A stretch of DNA of 64,000 nucleotides from Halarcobacter sp. (GTDB taxonomy: Bacteria > Campylobacterota > Campylobacteria > Campylobacterales > Arcobacteraceae): the NCBI GenBank assembly GCA_048571215.1, contig CP182352.1, positions 2,528,001-2,592,000 on the forward strand, written 5' to 3'. Position 1 is the first letter of the stretch. Every line of letters begins with the position of its first letter. A program made the position numbers and the translations under genes. The notes under the pieces are model-generated. The model worked only from the letters and a program-made list of their open reading frames with translations. It made no database searches and had not been told where the DNA came from. Positions 1-11,889 of this stretch are shown here, piece by piece.

Positions 1-468
1 ATCTTTAGACCTTATAAGGTTGGAGATTTAATAGAATCTCAAGGGCATATTGGACGAGTAAAAGAGATACAAATATTTAATACTATTTTGACTACTTTTC
101 AAAATAAAACTATTATTATTCCTAATTCTGTTGTTTCATCTAACTCAATTGTAAATATTTCTGGAAATGGAACAATAAGAGTAGATATGGAGATAGGTAT
201 CTCATATGGAAGTGATATAGACAAAGCAAGAGAAGTTATTTTAAGTACAGTTTCTAAAAATGAAAAGGTATTAAAAGATCCTGCATGTGCTGTTGGTGTT
301 AATGCTTTAGCAGATAGTTCAGTAAATCTACTTGTTATGCCATGGTGTGAAGCAAAAGATTATTGGGATGTTTATTTTGGTGTTAGGGAAGATATCAAAA
401 AAGCACTAGATGCAAACAAAATCGTTATCCCATTCCCTCAAAGAGATGTACATATTATCAACTCTTAA
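1..468 (+). CDS. mscS: Small-conductance mechanosensitive channel, 5' end outside window
   Basis: Frame 1 is open from base 1 (IFRPYKVGDLIE...IQIFNT...IIIPNS...IPFPQRDVH), typical of the MscS C-terminal half. Confidence 0.9.
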   Translation: MFRPYKVGDLIESQGHIGRVKEIQIFNTILTTFQNKTIIIPNSVVSSNSIVNISGNGTIRVDMEIGISYGSDIDKAREVILSTVSKNEKVLKDPACAVGVNALADSSVNLLVMPWCEAKDYWDVYFGVREDIKKALDANKIVIPFPQRDVHIINS

Positions 469-472
469 ATTA

Positions 473-501
473 TATAAAGTAGTCAAAGTGACTACTTTAT
501 A
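473..501. terminator. Bidirectional intrinsic terminator
   Basis: Hairpin tataaagtagtca-aag-tgactactttata between convergent mscS and cca. Confidence 0.7.
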
Positions 502-1865
502 AACTCTTTTTTTACCCTTTTTAGAATCTCTTCTTTTTGTAAGTTTTCATCAATTTGTAGATTTAAAGCAAACTCTAAAACCACTTTAAACTCTTTGCTA
601 GGTTTCATGCCCAAGGTAATTAAATCCCTTCCTTGTACTAAAGGTTTCAAGCCCTTATTTGAGATATCCATTTCTCTTGCTTTTTCTAAAAGCCAAGTTA
701 TGGCTTTGTCACATTTATCTTTATCAGGTATTGTTCTACCTTTACAATCACAAAGGCAAACTATACATAAATCTTCAATATTACACTTTAAAGATAGTCT
801 TTTTACAGCTTTTGTTGAAGAGTCTGCTTTATATAGTTGAAAAGGTGCTAAATGGTTTTTTACTAAAGGGATAATTTTTTCTATAAATTTTTTTTCATCA
901 CTTAATCTTGATAAAAAACTTATTGTTGGTTCAACTCCTAAACTCTCGTGTTTATGGGATGTAATTTTCCCCTCAATCTCTTTGGTACAAAAAGGTTTTC
1001 CTAAATCATGGCATAAAAGTGCATAGAATAGATATAAATCCCTATAATCATCACCTGTTTTATTTTTTGCCATCTCATCAAGGGTCATCAAAGTATGTAT
1101 CCATACATCACCCTCAGGATGATACTCTTTATCTTGGATGCACCCAACAAGAGCTTTTAATTCTGGAAAATGTTTTAGTATCCCTAGTTCTTTTAAAAGA
1201 TTTAAACCTTTTGAGGGTTTATTTGATTTTAAAAATAGTTTCTTAAACTCTTCAAAAATTCGTTCTTTTGCTAACTCATCAAGTAGATTTTGCTTAGCCA
1301 TATTTTTACAAAGGTTAAAAGTGGTTTTATGAAGAGATAAATCAAATCTAGCACAAAATTGAACTGCTCGATATACTCTTAAACTATCTTCTACAAAAGT
1401 GTCATCTTTTATATGTTTTAAAATACCATTTTTTAAATCTTCTATGCCGTTATTTGGGTCTAAAAACTCTTTTTTAAAATAATCATAGCCTATTGAATTT
1501 ATAGTGAAGTCTCTTCTTAAACTTGCAGTTTTAAAGTCCATATTTGGATTTATACTAACTTCAAAACCTTTATGACCTTGAGATACTTTTTTTTCAGTTC
1601 TTGCTAATGCAAAATCAAAATCATATCCATCTACACTTAGGATTAAAACCCCAAAGGATTTTCCAACTTGTTTTACATTACCAAATTTTTGTAAAGATTT
1701 TTCAACTATATTCAAAGAGTTTATTTTAAAAAGCTCAATATCATAGTCTTTTATAGGAAGATTTAAAAAGTGGTCTCTAACACAACCACCTACAAGTATA
1801 GGTAAGGCACCTATACTTCTAAGTTCATCTAAGATATATTCTAATATCTTAGGTATTTTAATCAT
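492..1865 (-). CDS. cca: CCA tRNA nucleotidyltransferase with HD domain
   Basis: VGGCVRD, DYDIE, RRDFTINS, EDSLRVYRA and HPEGDVWIHT...CHDLGK motifs; start MIKIPK chosen over the longer ORF that overlaps mscS. Confidence 0.9.
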   Translation of the reverse strand: MIKIPKILEYILDELRSIGALPILVGGCVRDHFLNLPIKDYDIELFKINSLNIVEKSLQKFGNVKQVGKSFGVLILSVDGYDFDFALARTEKKVSQGHKGFEVSINPNMDFKTASLRRDFTINSIGYDYFKKEFLDPNNGIEDLKNGILKHIKDDTFVEDSLRVYRAVQFCARFDLSLHKTTFNLCKNMAKQNLLDELAKERIFEEFKKLFLKSNKPSKGLNLLKELGILKHFPELKALVGCIQDKEYHPEGDVWIHTLMTLDEMAKNKTGDDYRDLYLFYALLCHDLGKPFCTKEIEGKITSHKHESLGVEPTISFLSRLSDEKKFIEKIIPLVKNHLAPFQLYKADSSTKAVKRLSLKCNIEDLCIVCLCDCKGRTIPDKDKCDKAITWLLEKAREMDISNKGLKPLVQGRDLITLGMKPSKEFKVVLEFALNLQIDENLQKEEILKRVKKEFIK

Positions 1866-2667
1866 TATTGTAGTGATGAACATCCTGTTGTGGGTAAGGA
1901 ATACTAATCCCCTCTTTATCAAAAGTAGTTTTCACACTTTCAGTTAAAGCAAACTTCACATCCCAATAATCAGGAGTATCAACCCATGCTCTTACTACAA
2001 AATTTACAGAAGAATCAGCTAGTTCTGAAACTGCTACAGTAATCCCCTTATCTTGTAAAACTCTAGAATCAGCTTTTACAATCTCATTTAATAGATCTTT
2101 TGCCTTTTTAATATCATCATCATATGAGATACCAACCACTAAGTCAACTCTTCTTTGAGGTTTTGCATTTACATTTGTGATAGTACCACCAGTAACAGTA
2201 CCATTAGGAATTATGATTTTTTGATTATCAGGTGTTCTTAAAATAGTATTGAAAATAGAAACCTCTTCAACAGTACCAGAAACACCTCCAGCATTAATAT
2301 AATCACCTACATGAAAAGGTCTAAACATAATAATCATAACACCAGAAGCTAAGTTTCCTAAAGAATCTTTTAATGCTAAACCAATAGCAAGACCAGCTGC
2401 ACCTAAGATGGCAAAGAATGATGTTGTATCCACACCTAACTGTTTTACAGAAGTTAAAATTACAACTATCATTAAAACATAATAAATGATATCATCTAAA
2501 AAGTTTGCCAATGTATCATCAATTCTTTCATTTCTCAACATTAACTTATGAGCAATATCAGTAACTTTTCTTGCTATCCATTTACCTATAAAAAATATTA
2601 CAATTGCTGTTGCAATATTTAAAGCATAAAGTCCAATCATATCTGAAACAGTTTGTACACTATCCAT
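1858..2667 (-). CDS. mscS: Small-conductance mechanosensitive channel
   Basis: GAAGLAIGLAL, FRPFHVGD and IPYPQQDVH motifs. Confidence 0.92.
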   Translation of the reverse strand: MDSVQTVSDMIGLYALNIATAIVIFFIGKWIARKVTDIAHKLMLRNERIDDTLANFLDDIIYYVLMIVVILTSVKQLGVDTTSFFAILGAAGLAIGLALKDSLGNLASGVMIIMFRPFHVGDYINAGGVSGTVEEVSIFNTILRTPDNQKIIIPNGTVTGGTITNVNAKPQRRVDLVVGISYDDDIKKAKDLLNEIVKADSRVLQDKGITVAVSELADSSVNFVVRAWVDTPDYWDVKFALTESVKTTFDKEGISIPYPQQDVHHYNND

Positions 2668-2718
2668 CTTTTCTCCTAATAATTTTAGAAATTATAACAA
2701 AAATATATTTACAAAGTA

Positions 2719-4440
2719 CTATTTTAATTTATCAAATAATACTTGTGTAACTCTTTTGATATCAACCTCTTGTTTTTCTAAGGTTTTTCTATCTACAAGT
2801 TCAACTAAACCATCGCTTAATTTTTTCCCTACAACTATCGCATAAGGGAAACCAATAAGTTCAAAATCACCCATTTTAAACCCAAATCTTGCATTTTTTC
2901 TATCATCAATTATCGAATCAACACCAAGGGCTTTTAAATCTTCATAAATTTTCATTCCAGCTGCTAACTCTTCATCTTTTTTTGCATTTGATACAATAAT
3001 ATCTACTACAAAGGGAGCTGTTTCTTTTGTCCAGATTGCACCTTTATCATCATGGTTTTGTTCAATTACAGCAGCAACAAGTCTTGAAACACCAATTCCA
3101 TAAGTTCCCATAATAAATGGTTTTGATTTTCCATTTTCATCTAAAAAATTTGCTTCTAAAGGTTCAGAGTATTTTGTACCTAATTGAAAAATATGTCCAA
3201 CTTCTATCCCTTTTGTATAAGATAAAGACTCTCCACAACAAGGGCATTTATCCCCTTCTTGCACTGCTATAAGATCAAAATATTTTGCATCTTTTAAAGA
3301 AGAAAGATCTGTACCAATAAAATGATAGTCTTCCTCATTTGCTCCACAAATAAGTCCTATCTCATTTTCTAATTCTAAATCAATAACAAAATTAATACCT
3401 TGAGGTAAACCAAATGGACCACAATATCCTGCAACCAATTCTGCATCTTTAATCTCAACTTCATTTGCATCTGCTAAAGCTAAAGCATTTACTGCATTAC
3501 AAGCTTTAGTCTCTTCAAGTTCATCATTTCCTCTTATAAAGAAAACTACTATTTCCTCTTTTTCATCATATATTGCTTTTTTTATAACTGCTTTTATTGA
3601 TTGTGATTGAGAAACACTTAAAAAATTTGAAACATCTTCAATAGTTTTCATCCCCTTAGTTTCAACTTTCTCTTTTACTATATGAGTATTAGTAGTCTCT
3701 TGCCAGTTTGGAATTTGTTTTTTTGCCCTTGTTGCAGCTTCTATATTCGCTCCATAATCACATTTTGAGCATACAACCAAAGTATCTTCTCCACTATTTG
3801 CCAAAACCATAAACTCTTTTGAACCACTTCCACCAATAGCGCCGCTATCAGCAGCAACTACTCTAAACTCTAATCCAAGTCTTGTGTAAATTTTTTTATA
3901 AGTCTCTTCCATAAGATTAAATTCTCTTATTAAATCTTCATGACTTGAATGAAAAGAGTAAGAATCTTTCATCAAAAACTCTCTTCCTCTCATAAGACCA
4001 AATCTAGGTCTTGCTTCATCTCTAAATTTTGTATTGATTTGGTATAGATGTACAGGTAAATTTTTATAAGATGTTACTCTATTTTTTACTAAATTTACCA
4101 TTGCTTCTTCATTTGTAGGACTTAAAACAAAATCACCATTTTTTCTATCTTTTATTCTAAGCATCTCTAGTCCCATCTTAGAAGCTCTTCCACTCTCTTC
4201 CCATAGAGATAAAGGAGTTATAAAAGATAATTGAACCTCATTTAATCCTGCATCATCTAACTCTTCTTTCACTATTGTTCTAATCTTATCAAGAACAATT
4301 TTACCAAGGGGTAAAAAATTATATAAACCAGAACCCTCTTGGTTTATAAATCCACCTCTTACTAAAAATTGATGAGATGGTAAAGTTGCATCATTTGGTG
4401 TTTCTTTTGTTGTTGGTATAAACATTTGAGAAAATTTCAT
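2719..4440 (-). CDS. proS: Proline--tRNA ligase
   Basis: [18 protein letters not shown] and [15 protein letters not shown] motifs. Confidence 0.97.
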   Translation of the reverse strand: MKFSQMFIPTTKETPNDATLPSHQFLVRGGFINQEGSGLYNFLPLGKIVLDKIRTIVKEELDDAGLNEVQLSFITPLSLWEESGRASKMGLEMLRIKDRKNGDFVLSPTNEEAMVNLVKNRVTSYKNLPVHLYQINTKFRDEARPRFGLMRGREFLMKDSYSFHSSHEDLIREFNLMEETYKKIYTRLGLEFRVVAADSGAIGGSGSKEFMVLANSGEDTLVVCSKCDYGANIEAATRAKKQIPNWQETTNTHIVKEKVETKGMKTIEDVSNFLSVSQSQSIKAVIKKAIYDEKEEIVVFFIRGNDELEETKACNAVNALALADANEVEIKDAELVAGYCGPFGLPQGINFVIDLELENEIGLICGANEEDYHFIGTDLSSLKDAKYFDLIAVQEGDKCPCCGESLSYTKGIEVGHIFQLGTKYSEPLEANFLDENGKSKPFIMGTYGIGVSRLVAAVIEQNHDDKGAIWTKETAPFVVDIIVSNAKKDEELAAGMKIYEDLKALGVDSIIDDRKNARFGFKMGDFELIGFPYAIVVGKKLSDGLVELVDRKTLEKQEVDIKRVTQVLFDKLK

Positions 4441-4442
4441 AT

Positions 4443-5753
4443 TTAGCTATCCTGTTGATTGATTTTAAGTACATGATCGCACTTATATTTATTTACAAAG
4501 TTTGTTTCTGAGGTAAATCCAAATATTGATTGTATTGTTCCTACAACCACATCACACTCCATATCTTTAGAGATACCTTTTAGGGTAGTTGATGGTTTGT
4601 GTAGATATTCTGTTAAGACTGTTTGACAAAGCTTTTTTATATTTTTTTCATCACTTGCACTAATAAAACCTTTATTAATTGCATTTTTTAACTTTTTGTC
4701 AATAATATCTTCCCCTCTTAGATACATATTTTTTATAACTGGCTCAATCTCCAAAGATTTTAACCACTCAAAAAACTCCAATGACATTTTATTTACTATT
4801 GAATATGCCATCTTTGCTTGTTTTGCTCTTTGAGTCATATTACTATCAACAATATCTTGTAAATCATCAACCGAATATATCATTAGATTAGATGATTCAA
4901 TATCATCAATATCTCTTGGTACTGCTATATCAAACCAATATCTATCGAAAGAACACTCATGGGTTAAATCTTTGGTTATTATTGGATATGGAGCTGCTGT
5001 TGCTGTTATCATCACTGGTATCTCATTTAAAAGTTTTTCCAAATTTGAATAATCTGAAACTTGAATATAGTCTTCAAAGGTATCAGCAAGAATTGTAGCT
5101 TTTTTCAAATCTCTACTTGTTAAAACTACATCAAAACCAGAAGACAAAAGATGTTTTATAGTAAGTTCACTCATCTCACCTGCACCAATCACAAGAGCTT
5201 TAACTCCTCTTGTATCTCCTATAATTTCTTTTGCTTTTGCAACTGCTGTACTTGCAACTGAAACTGAACCTGTACCTAAACTTGTTGCATTTCTAACTGC
5301 TGCCGCACATTTAAAAGAGTAGTGTAATGCCCGAGGAAGTTTTTGTTCACAATAGTTTTTAGCTAATGAAAATCTAAATGCATCTTTTAACTGCCCCACT
5401 ATTTGTGTCTCTCCAATAACTAAAGAATCTAAAGCAGAGGCAACTGAAAAGAGATGGTGTATCGCCCCATCATCTTCGTATATATCTGCTCTATCATATA
5501 ACTCTTCAAACTCTATTGTAGAATAAGCGGCTAATTTTTGAATAATCTCTCTTGCAGCTTTTTTTGTGTGAGGGGTTGTTGTAATAATCTCAACCCTATT
5601 ACATGTAGATAAAAGTATAGCCTCTGTTACAAGCTTCTCTTCTAACATCTGTTTTAAAAACCTATCTTTATTCTCTTCGTTTGGAAATGCTAACTTTTCT
5701 CTTGTCTGAATATCTATATTTTTGTGAGAAAAACTTATTACTAAATAACTCAT
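4443..5753 (-). CDS. hemA: Glutamyl-tRNA reductase
   Basis: [21 protein letters not shown] and DIAVPRDI motifs. Confidence 0.96.
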   Translation of the reverse strand: MSYLVISFSHKNIDIQTREKLAFPNEENKDRFLKQMLEEKLVTEAILLSTCNRVEIITTTPHTKKAAREIIQKLAAYSTIEFEELYDRADIYEDDGAIHHLFSVASALDSLVIGETQIVGQLKDAFRFSLAKNYCEQKLPRALHYSFKCAAAVRNATSLGTGSVSVASTAVAKAKEIIGDTRGVKALVIGAGEMSELTIKHLLSSGFDVVLTSRDLKKATILADTFEDYIQVSDYSNLEKLLNEIPVMITATAAPYPIITKDLTHECSFDRYWFDIAVPRDIDDIESSNLMIYSVDDLQDIVDSNMTQRAKQAKMAYSIVNKMSLEFFEWLKSLEIEPVIKNMYLRGEDIIDKKLKNAINKGFISASDEKNIKKLCQTVLTEYLHKPSTTLKGISKDMECDVVVGTIQSIFGFTSETNFVNKYKCDHVLKINQQDS

Positions 5754-5756
5754 TAA

Positions 5757-6695
5757 TTAAAACTCTCTATCAATCATAGCACTCATTATTTGCACAAGTG
5801 CTTCATTATTATTTGATGAACCTTCTTCTGAGTTTTTATCAGAAGAATCCTTCTGCTCTTTTACAGCTTCAATAGCTTCTAAACCTAATTTTTTTGCTTC
5901 ATTTATAGAATCTTCCAATGCTTTTGTTTGAACCATCTGCTCTTTTATCCAAGATGAATCCTCATCACTTAAAGGCTTTTTATATAAAGACTCTAACCTT
6001 TGTTTATCTTCAATTCTTTGATGCAATAGTAGATATGGAATAGTAACTTTTCCTTCTACAAAATCTAAAAGTGCTGGCTTACCTAAGGTCTTACTATCTT
6101 GTGTAATATCTAAAATATCATCAATCATTTGAAAAGCAAGTCCTAGATTTTTACCATATAAAGCAAATTTATCCTTATCAAGTCCCGCTAAAATAGCTGC
6201 ACTTTTAGCACTAGCTTCTATTAGTGATGCAGTTTTTTTATAAATCATATCTAGATATTTATCATATGAGGTATTGAACTCTTGGGTTAAATCAACATCC
6301 AACATCTCACCAATACTAAGTAGTGTTACTGCATTTGATACTATATATGCAACTTCTCTATGCATTTGTGATAATTCAGCAAAAGCTTTTGAATATAAAA
6401 TATCCCCAAACATAATTGAGGTTTTATTATCAAAAATTGCATTTATAGAGGGTTTACCCCTTCTTGTATCTGCCTCATCTATAACATCATCATGTAAAAG
6501 TGAAGCTGCATGAATCATCTCAACTATAGCACAAAGCTTTATTGTCTGTTCATTTACTCCAGCAATTTTCAAAATAAGCTTACTTCTTAACATCTTACCT
6601 GTTGCTAGAAGATCAAGAAGTTTTAAACTCTTTTCATCATCACACTCTTTAACAAAACTTTTAATCTGTTCTTTTACTTGAACTAATTCTTCCAT
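5757..6695 (-). CDS. ispB: Polyprenyl (octaprenyl) diphosphate synthase
   Basis: LLHDDVID...RRG and FQMIDDILD aspartate-rich motifs. Confidence 0.88.
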   Translation of the reverse strand: MEELVQVKEQIKSFVKECDDEKSLKLLDLLATGKMLRSKLILKIAGVNEQTIKLCAIVEMIHAASLLHDDVIDEADTRRGKPSINAIFDNKTSIMFGDILYSKAFAELSQMHREVAYIVSNAVTLLSIGEMLDVDLTQEFNTSYDKYLDMIYKKTASLIEASAKSAAILAGLDKDKFALYGKNLGLAFQMIDDILDITQDSKTLGKPALLDFVEGKVTIPYLLLHQRIEDKQRLESLYKKPLSDEDSSWIKEQMVQTKALEDSINEAKKLGLEAIEAVKEQKDSSDKNSEEGSSNNNEALVQIMSAMIDREF

Positions 6696-6716
6696 TTTCC
6701 ACTTTTCATTTTTTAT

Positions 6717-7013
6717 TTAACTATCTAATCTACAAACAATATCACCAGTCAACTCAATGTAAAGACCTTTTTTCATCTCTTCAACCTCTTCCATATTTTC
6801 AAAAACATATTGCTTGATAAGTTTATTGATATCAAAATCAACATCTTTGTCTTTTGATAAAAGTATCTCCATAACAGCTACTTTTTCTAAAAGTTTATCA
6901 AATTCATCTTCAACAATTTCATTATTTGCTTGTCTACTTATATCAAAATATTTTGATTTTGGGCTTCCTACAAAAATATCATCTTCATCTTCTAAAAACC
7001 AATCTTTAGCCAT
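6717..7013 (-). CDS. Conserved Campylobacterota protein (DUF2018-like)
   Basis: DDIFVGSPKSKYFDI motif and position upstream of ispB; RBS aaggag before MAKDW. Confidence 0.7.
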   Translation of the reverse strand: MAKDWFLEDEDDIFVGSPKSKYFDISRQANNEIVEDEFDKLLEKVAVMEILLSKDKDVDFDINKLIKQYVFENMEEVEEMKKGLYIELTGDIVCRLDS

Positions 7014-7113
7014 ATTATTTACTCCTTTAAAATGCCCCATTTTAATATTTTATAACTTCTTTTAACAAATTAGCAAAGCTAATCTTAAAGAAACAAACTC
7101 TAACGAGTTGTTC

Positions 7114-8409
7114 TTAATCTTCTAATCTAACCCTAACCGATTTGGCATGGGCTGTTAAGCCCTCTGTATCAGCTAATAATGCACACGCTTCTCCCAACTC
7201 ATCAATTGCTTGTTTTGAGAAGTTTATTATTGAACTTTTTTTCATAAAATTTTCAACATTTAAAGGACTATAAAATTTAGCAGTACTTCCTGTTGGTAAG
7301 GTATGGTTTGGACCAGCTATATAATCACCTATTGGTTCAGGTGTATTTTCCCCTAAGAAAATTGCCCCAGCGTGTTTTATTTTTGGTAAAAGTTCAAATG
7401 GATTTTGTGTCATCACCTCTAAGTGTTCAGGAGCTATTTCATTCATAAGCTCTATTGCTTCATCCATTGATTGGGCAACAATTATAGCTCCCCTATCATC
7501 TATAGATTTTCTTGCAATTGTTTCTCTACTTAATGTTTTAAGATAGTTTTCAACCTCATCACTTGTATATTTTGCTATCTCTTCGCAAGTTGTAATCATA
7601 ATTGAACTTGCCATTTCATCATGTTCTGCTTGAGATAATAAATCAATAGCTAAATATTTTGCTTTTGCACTTCCATCAGCTAAAATCCCTATTTCAGAAG
7701 GTCCTGCAATCATATCAATATGAACCTCTCCAAAAACTAATTTTTTAGCTGTTGCTACAAAAATATTTCCAGGTCCCGTAATAACATCAACCTTAGGAAT
7801 AGTTTGTGTTCCATAAGCCATAGCTGCAATTGCACTAGCTCCTCCTACTTTATATGCTTTGCTTATATTACAAATATAACAGGCTGCAAGTAGAAGTTCA
7901 TTTATCTCATTATTTGGAGTAGGAGTACATACAACTATCTCTTCAACTCCTGCAACTATTGCTGGTATTGCATTCATAAGTAAACTACTTGGATATGCAG
8001 CTTTCCCCCCAGGGATATAAAGACCTGCTTTATCTACGGCAGTTACCTTTTGACCTAAAATTGTCCCATTTTTTTCAAAATCAACCCATGATTTCGGAAG
8101 TTGTTTTTCATGATAAGATTTAATTCTATCATATGCTGTATGTAGTGCAGTTCTTAAGTTCTCATCAATATTTTCATAAGCTGCTTTCATATCCTCTTTT
8201 GATATCATCAACTCATCATCACTTTTAACTTCCCATTTATCAAACTTTTCAATATGAGATTTTAAAGCTTCATTTCCATTTTCAACTATCTCATCAATTA
8301 TAGTTGTAACAATTTTTGAAACATCTTTTATATCTGTTTTTGCTCTTGCTAAAATAGCTTCAAACTCCATATTAAAGTTTGCATCATTTGTATTTAAAAT
8401 CTTCATCAA
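7114..8409 (-). CDS. hisD: Histidinol dehydrogenase
   Basis: GLYIPGG, IDMIAGPSE, DLLSQAEHD, APEHLE and GPNHTLPT motifs. Confidence 0.97.
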   Translation of the reverse strand: MMKILNTNDANFNMEFEAILARAKTDIKDVSKIVTTIIDEIVENGNEALKSHIEKFDKWEVKSDDELMISKEDMKAAYENIDENLRTALHTAYDRIKSYHEKQLPKSWVDFEKNGTILGQKVTAVDKAGLYIPGGKAAYPSSLLMNAIPAIVAGVEEIVVCTPTPNNEINELLLAACYICNISKAYKVGGASAIAAMAYGTQTIPKVDVITGPGNIFVATAKKLVFGEVHIDMIAGPSEIGILADGSAKAKYLAIDLLSQAEHDEMASSIMITTCEEIAKYTSDEVENYLKTLSRETIARKSIDDRGAIIVAQSMDEAIELMNEIAPEHLEVMTQNPFELLPKIKHAGAIFLGENTPEPIGDYIAGPNHTLPTGSTAKFYSPLNVENFMKKSSIINFSKQAIDELGEACALLADTEGLTAHAKSVRVRLED

Positions 8410-8918
8410 ATCTTTCCTAATATCTCTTTTATAATATCTTCTATATCTTTTTTTTCAACATTTACAACACAATCAGCAACATCTTTGTAATCTTCAATTC
8501 TTTGATTATAAATCTTTAATGCTTCATTTAAGTTTTGTAATAAAGGTCTTTTTCTTAATTTTCCTTGTGCGTTTGGTGCGCTATGAATTCTATTTAAAAT
8601 TCCTTGGAAGCTAGATTCTAGATATACTACTTTCCCAATTTCATGGATATTTTTTTGTTTAAAAAAACCTCCACCTGTTGAGATAATTGTATTATCAACA
8701 TTTTTTTCCAACCATAAAGCGCACTTTTTTTCTAAGTTTCGAAAGTAGGTTTCACCCTCATCTTTAAAAATCTTTTTAATTTTTTTGTTTTCAACACTCT
8801 CTATTAAATCATCTGTGTCTATGGCAAAATAGTCAGTTGCTTTTACTAAAGCCCTAGCAACTGTTCCTTTACCAACACCCATAAAACCTATTAAAATAAT
8901 ATTATTTTTTTTACTCAA
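8406..8918 (-). CDS. aroK: Shikimate kinase
   Basis: GFMGVGKGT P-loop, DTD, GETYFR, STGGG and RPLL motifs. Confidence 0.93.
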   Translation of the reverse strand: MSKKNNIILIGFMGVGKGTVARALVKATDYFAIDTDDLIESVENKKIKKIFKDEGETYFRNLEKKCALWLEKNVDNTIISTGGGFFKQKNIHEIGKVVYLESSFQGILNRIHSAPNAQGKLRKRPLLQNLNEALKIYNQRIEDYKDVADCVVNVEKKDIEDIIKEILGKI

Positions 8919-8989
8919 ACTAGTTTCCTATTGTGATAAATCTAAGGATTATATCTAAATTTTGGTAAAACTTTTTATGAAATAAGATT

Positions 8990-11872
8990 TTATATACTTT
9001 TTAAGGGTAATTTAATAGTGAATTTTGCCCCTATATATTCAACACCATCATATAAAAACTTATCATTTTCCACTTCAATTTTTCCCTTCATATTGTTTTC
9101 AATAATTTGGTGGGTCATATATAAACCTATTCCTGTACCTTGTGCTTTATGCTTAGTAGTAAAATATGGATCAAATACTTGATTGATTGTATCTAGTGCT
9201 ATCCCTTTTCCATTATCTTTAATACTTATAATTGCATACTCTTTATCTACAAAAATATTTATTATAACTATTCTCTTACCGTCAATTTTTTCCAATGCAT
9301 CTTTTGCATTGTTAAAGATATTTATTAAAGCTTGTGTAAACTCATTTTCATAGTTATAAACTTTTACATCATCTTTCTTTTCAAAATTAACTTCAATATT
9401 GTACTTTTTAAACATTCCCTCTAAAAGTTTTAGATTTTTTTCAATTGCTGATACTATATAAAAATCAATTTTAATCTTGTCTGTTTTAAAAAAGTTTCTA
9501 AAATCATCAATTGTTTGTGATAGATATTGAGTTGTTCTATTTATTAATGCTAAAGATTTATCTTGATCATCTTTTTCTAAAATATCTAATTGACTTTTTA
9601 ACTCCAAACTTGTGGCTGTTGTACTTATCACACTTAAAGGTTGTCTCCATTGATGGGCAATATTTTCTAACATCTGTCCCATTGAAGCCATTTTTGATTG
9701 TTGGAAAAGTATTTTATCTTTATATTTCATATCAGTTATATCTACAATCGATACTATTTTTACTTTTTTATTTTTATAAGTGTTAAAATTTACTTTTATT
9801 ATTAAAGGAAATTCTACTCCACTTTTTTTTATTCCACTTGTTTCATAAGAATTATTTTCTGGAAATTTATTATCTTCTAATAATATAAATTCAGAAAATT
9901 TTCTATTTAAAACCTCTTTTTTGTCTTTATATTCAAACATATTTAATATCAAATTATTTACTTCAATACAAATATCATCTTCAAATATTATAATACCTTC
10001 AACTACAGAGTCTAAAAGGATTTGAAAATCTTTATTTGAATTTTGTAATCTTTTTTTTGTATTATTTAACTCATCTTGTTTTTTTCTTAGTGCTCTATTA
10101 TATTTTAATAATTGAAAATGTCTTATAATACCTATAGCTATAACAATCAACATTACAGCAAGAATTTGAAAAAAAAGTTTATAATCAAATCCTTTTTCAA
10201 ATGTAACAGAGATATATTTATTTAAAATCCCTTGCTTAGTATCTTCGTCTATTTTATCAACTGCCTTTTCAAAGAGTTCAAAAAGTATAGGGTCATCATT
10301 TCTCACTCCAATTCCCAATCGTGAATAATCATTAAGTTTACCTGCTATTTTTAGTTCACCAATATATTTATGTTGTAGTTCATATGCCACAGTAGGAAGT
10401 GCACCTAAAAAACCAAAAAGCTTTCCATCAGCTACCATTTCCATACCTGTTTTAACATCAGGGACATCAACTATTTTATTGTTTGGGTGTCTTTTTTTCA
10501 TTAACTCCCCTATAGCATACCCCTTTACAATTCCTATTTTTTCTTTTGTCAATAAAGATTCAACATCAGCAATAAAAAGTTTATCTACTTTTGTTGCTAA
10601 TACTAAAGGGAAAGAGATATATGGTTTTGTAAATTTCATATATTTTAATCTAGATGGAGTTGGCATAGCTAAAGAGAAAATATCACATTTTCTTTTTTTT
10701 GCAAACTCTATTGATTCATTCCAACTTCTTGTTTTAACTAATTTTATAGGGATACCTATTTTCTTCGAAATCAAAGGTATATAATCAGAAGTCATACCTA
10801 TATATTTTCCATCTTCAAGTTTTTCATAAGGCATCCAATTTGGATCAATACACATCTTAATATTTTTTTTATTTGCAATATATTTTTTTTGCTCTTGTGT
10901 AAAATCAACTTCTAAATCATTTTTTAAATTTAAATCTAAAATTATCTTTTTAATATTAAAATCATCTTTTAACAATCCATCCTCATATAAATTATGAATA
11001 TTCTTTTGTAACATTGTCTGATTTATCTCTCCAATGTTGTATATATTTGGCATTATAAGTTTTTCTATTTGTGAAGCTTCAAATCTTAAAGCTTCTTTTG
11101 TTTTTTTCTTTGAATAATTTTTATATATAATATCAATAATCTCATCTTTATTATTTAAAGCATACTTCCAACCCTTTGTTGTAGCTTGAACTATTTTTTG
11201 TACTCTCTCAAAATTATTTTTAGTTTCATCAATTGAAGTAAAAAGATTTAGACCTGAACCATATATTCCATAAGATGCTGGATCTATAATGGTATATGGC
11301 TTTTTTGACTTTCTTATATTATAAAGTTCATTTGATAAATATATACTCATCACATCAACATTACCATCAATAAAATCATTTGGATTAAATGTATGTTGAA
11401 TAAATACATATTCATCTGATTTAATATTAAATTTATCCAGTAGAGTTTTTAATGTTGACTCTTCTAACTGTACCTTGTCTGCCATAATAATTTTACCCCT
11501 CAAATCATCAGGAGTAATAATATCTTGTGTAGCAACGAAGACTAGTGGAGATCTTTTAAAATAATTTGCTACAAGTTTTATCTTATCTCTAAGATCATAC
11601 AATTTTACTAAAGATAAATCATAAACAATATAAGTTGAGTTTTTATTGGTAAGTTCATCAACTACATTCATACCCTCTTTAAACTCTTTAATATCTACAT
11701 CCAATCCTAAATCTTTATAAAACCCTTTCTCTTTTGCAGCAATAAAACCTGCAAATTCAAATTGGTATTTCCAATTAAGCTGAATTGATACTTTTTCTAA
11801 TTTTTTTTGTGAAGCAAAAAGTGAAGTAAGCAATAAAAAAAAGATTAATAAAATTTTTATATAAGAGAACAC
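8990..11872 (-). CDS. Sensor histidine kinase with two periplasmic solute-binding domains (NMT1/THI5-like and family 3) plus PAS
   Basis: QLNWKYQFEFAGF, CIDPNWMPYE, IAHQWRQPL and DNGKGI...GTGIGLY motifs. Confidence 0.85.
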   Translation of the reverse strand: MFSYIKILLIFFLLLTSLFASQKKLEKVSIQLNWKYQFEFAGFIAAKEKGFYKDLGLDVDIKEFKEGMNVVDELTNKNSTYIVYDLSLVKLYDLRDKIKLVANYFKRSPLVFVATQDIITPDDLRGKIIMADKVQLEESTLKTLLDKFNIKSDEYVFIQHTFNPNDFIDGNVDVMSIYLSNELYNIRKSKKPYTIIDPASYGIYGSGLNLFTSIDETKNNFERVQKIVQATTKGWKYALNNKDEIIDIIYKNYSKKKTKEALRFEASQIEKLIMPNIYNIGEINQTMLQKNIHNLYEDGLLKDDFNIKKIILDLNLKNDLEVDFTQEQKKYIANKKNIKMCIDPNWMPYEKLEDGKYIGMTSDYIPLISKKIGIPIKLVKTRSWNESIEFAKKRKCDIFSLAMPTPSRLKYMKFTKPYISFPLVLATKVDKLFIADVESLLTKEKIGIVKGYAIGELMKKRHPNNKIVDVPDVKTGMEMVADGKLFGFLGALPTVAYELQHKYIGELKIAGKLNDYSRLGIGVRNDDPILFELFEKAVDKIDEDTKQGILNKYISVTFEKGFDYKLFFQILAVMLIVIAIGIIRHFQLLKYNRALRKKQDELNNTKKRLQNSNKDFQILLDSVVEGIIIFEDDICIEVNNLILNMFEYKDKKEVLNRKFSEFILLEDNKFPENNSYETSGIKKSGVEFPLIIKVNFNTYKNKKVKIVSIVDITDMKYKDKILFQQSKMASMGQMLENIAHQWRQPLSVISTTATSLELKSQLDILEKDDQDKSLALINRTTQYLSQTIDDFRNFFKTDKIKIDFYIVSAIEKNLKLLEGMFKKYNIEVNFEKKDDVKVYNYENEFTQALINIFNNAKDALEKIDGKRIVIINIFVDKEYAIISIKDNGKGIALDTINQVFDPYFTTKHKAQGTGIGLYMTHQIIENNMKGKIEVENDKFLYDGVEYIGAKFTIKLPLKSI

Positions 11873-11889
11873 TTCTTACCCCTCCTAGT

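Noticed and set aside
5800..5860. Low-complexity insert KDSSDKNSEEGSSNNNE near the IspB C-terminus
   Set aside because: In-frame polar loop with no repeat unit or mobile-element signature
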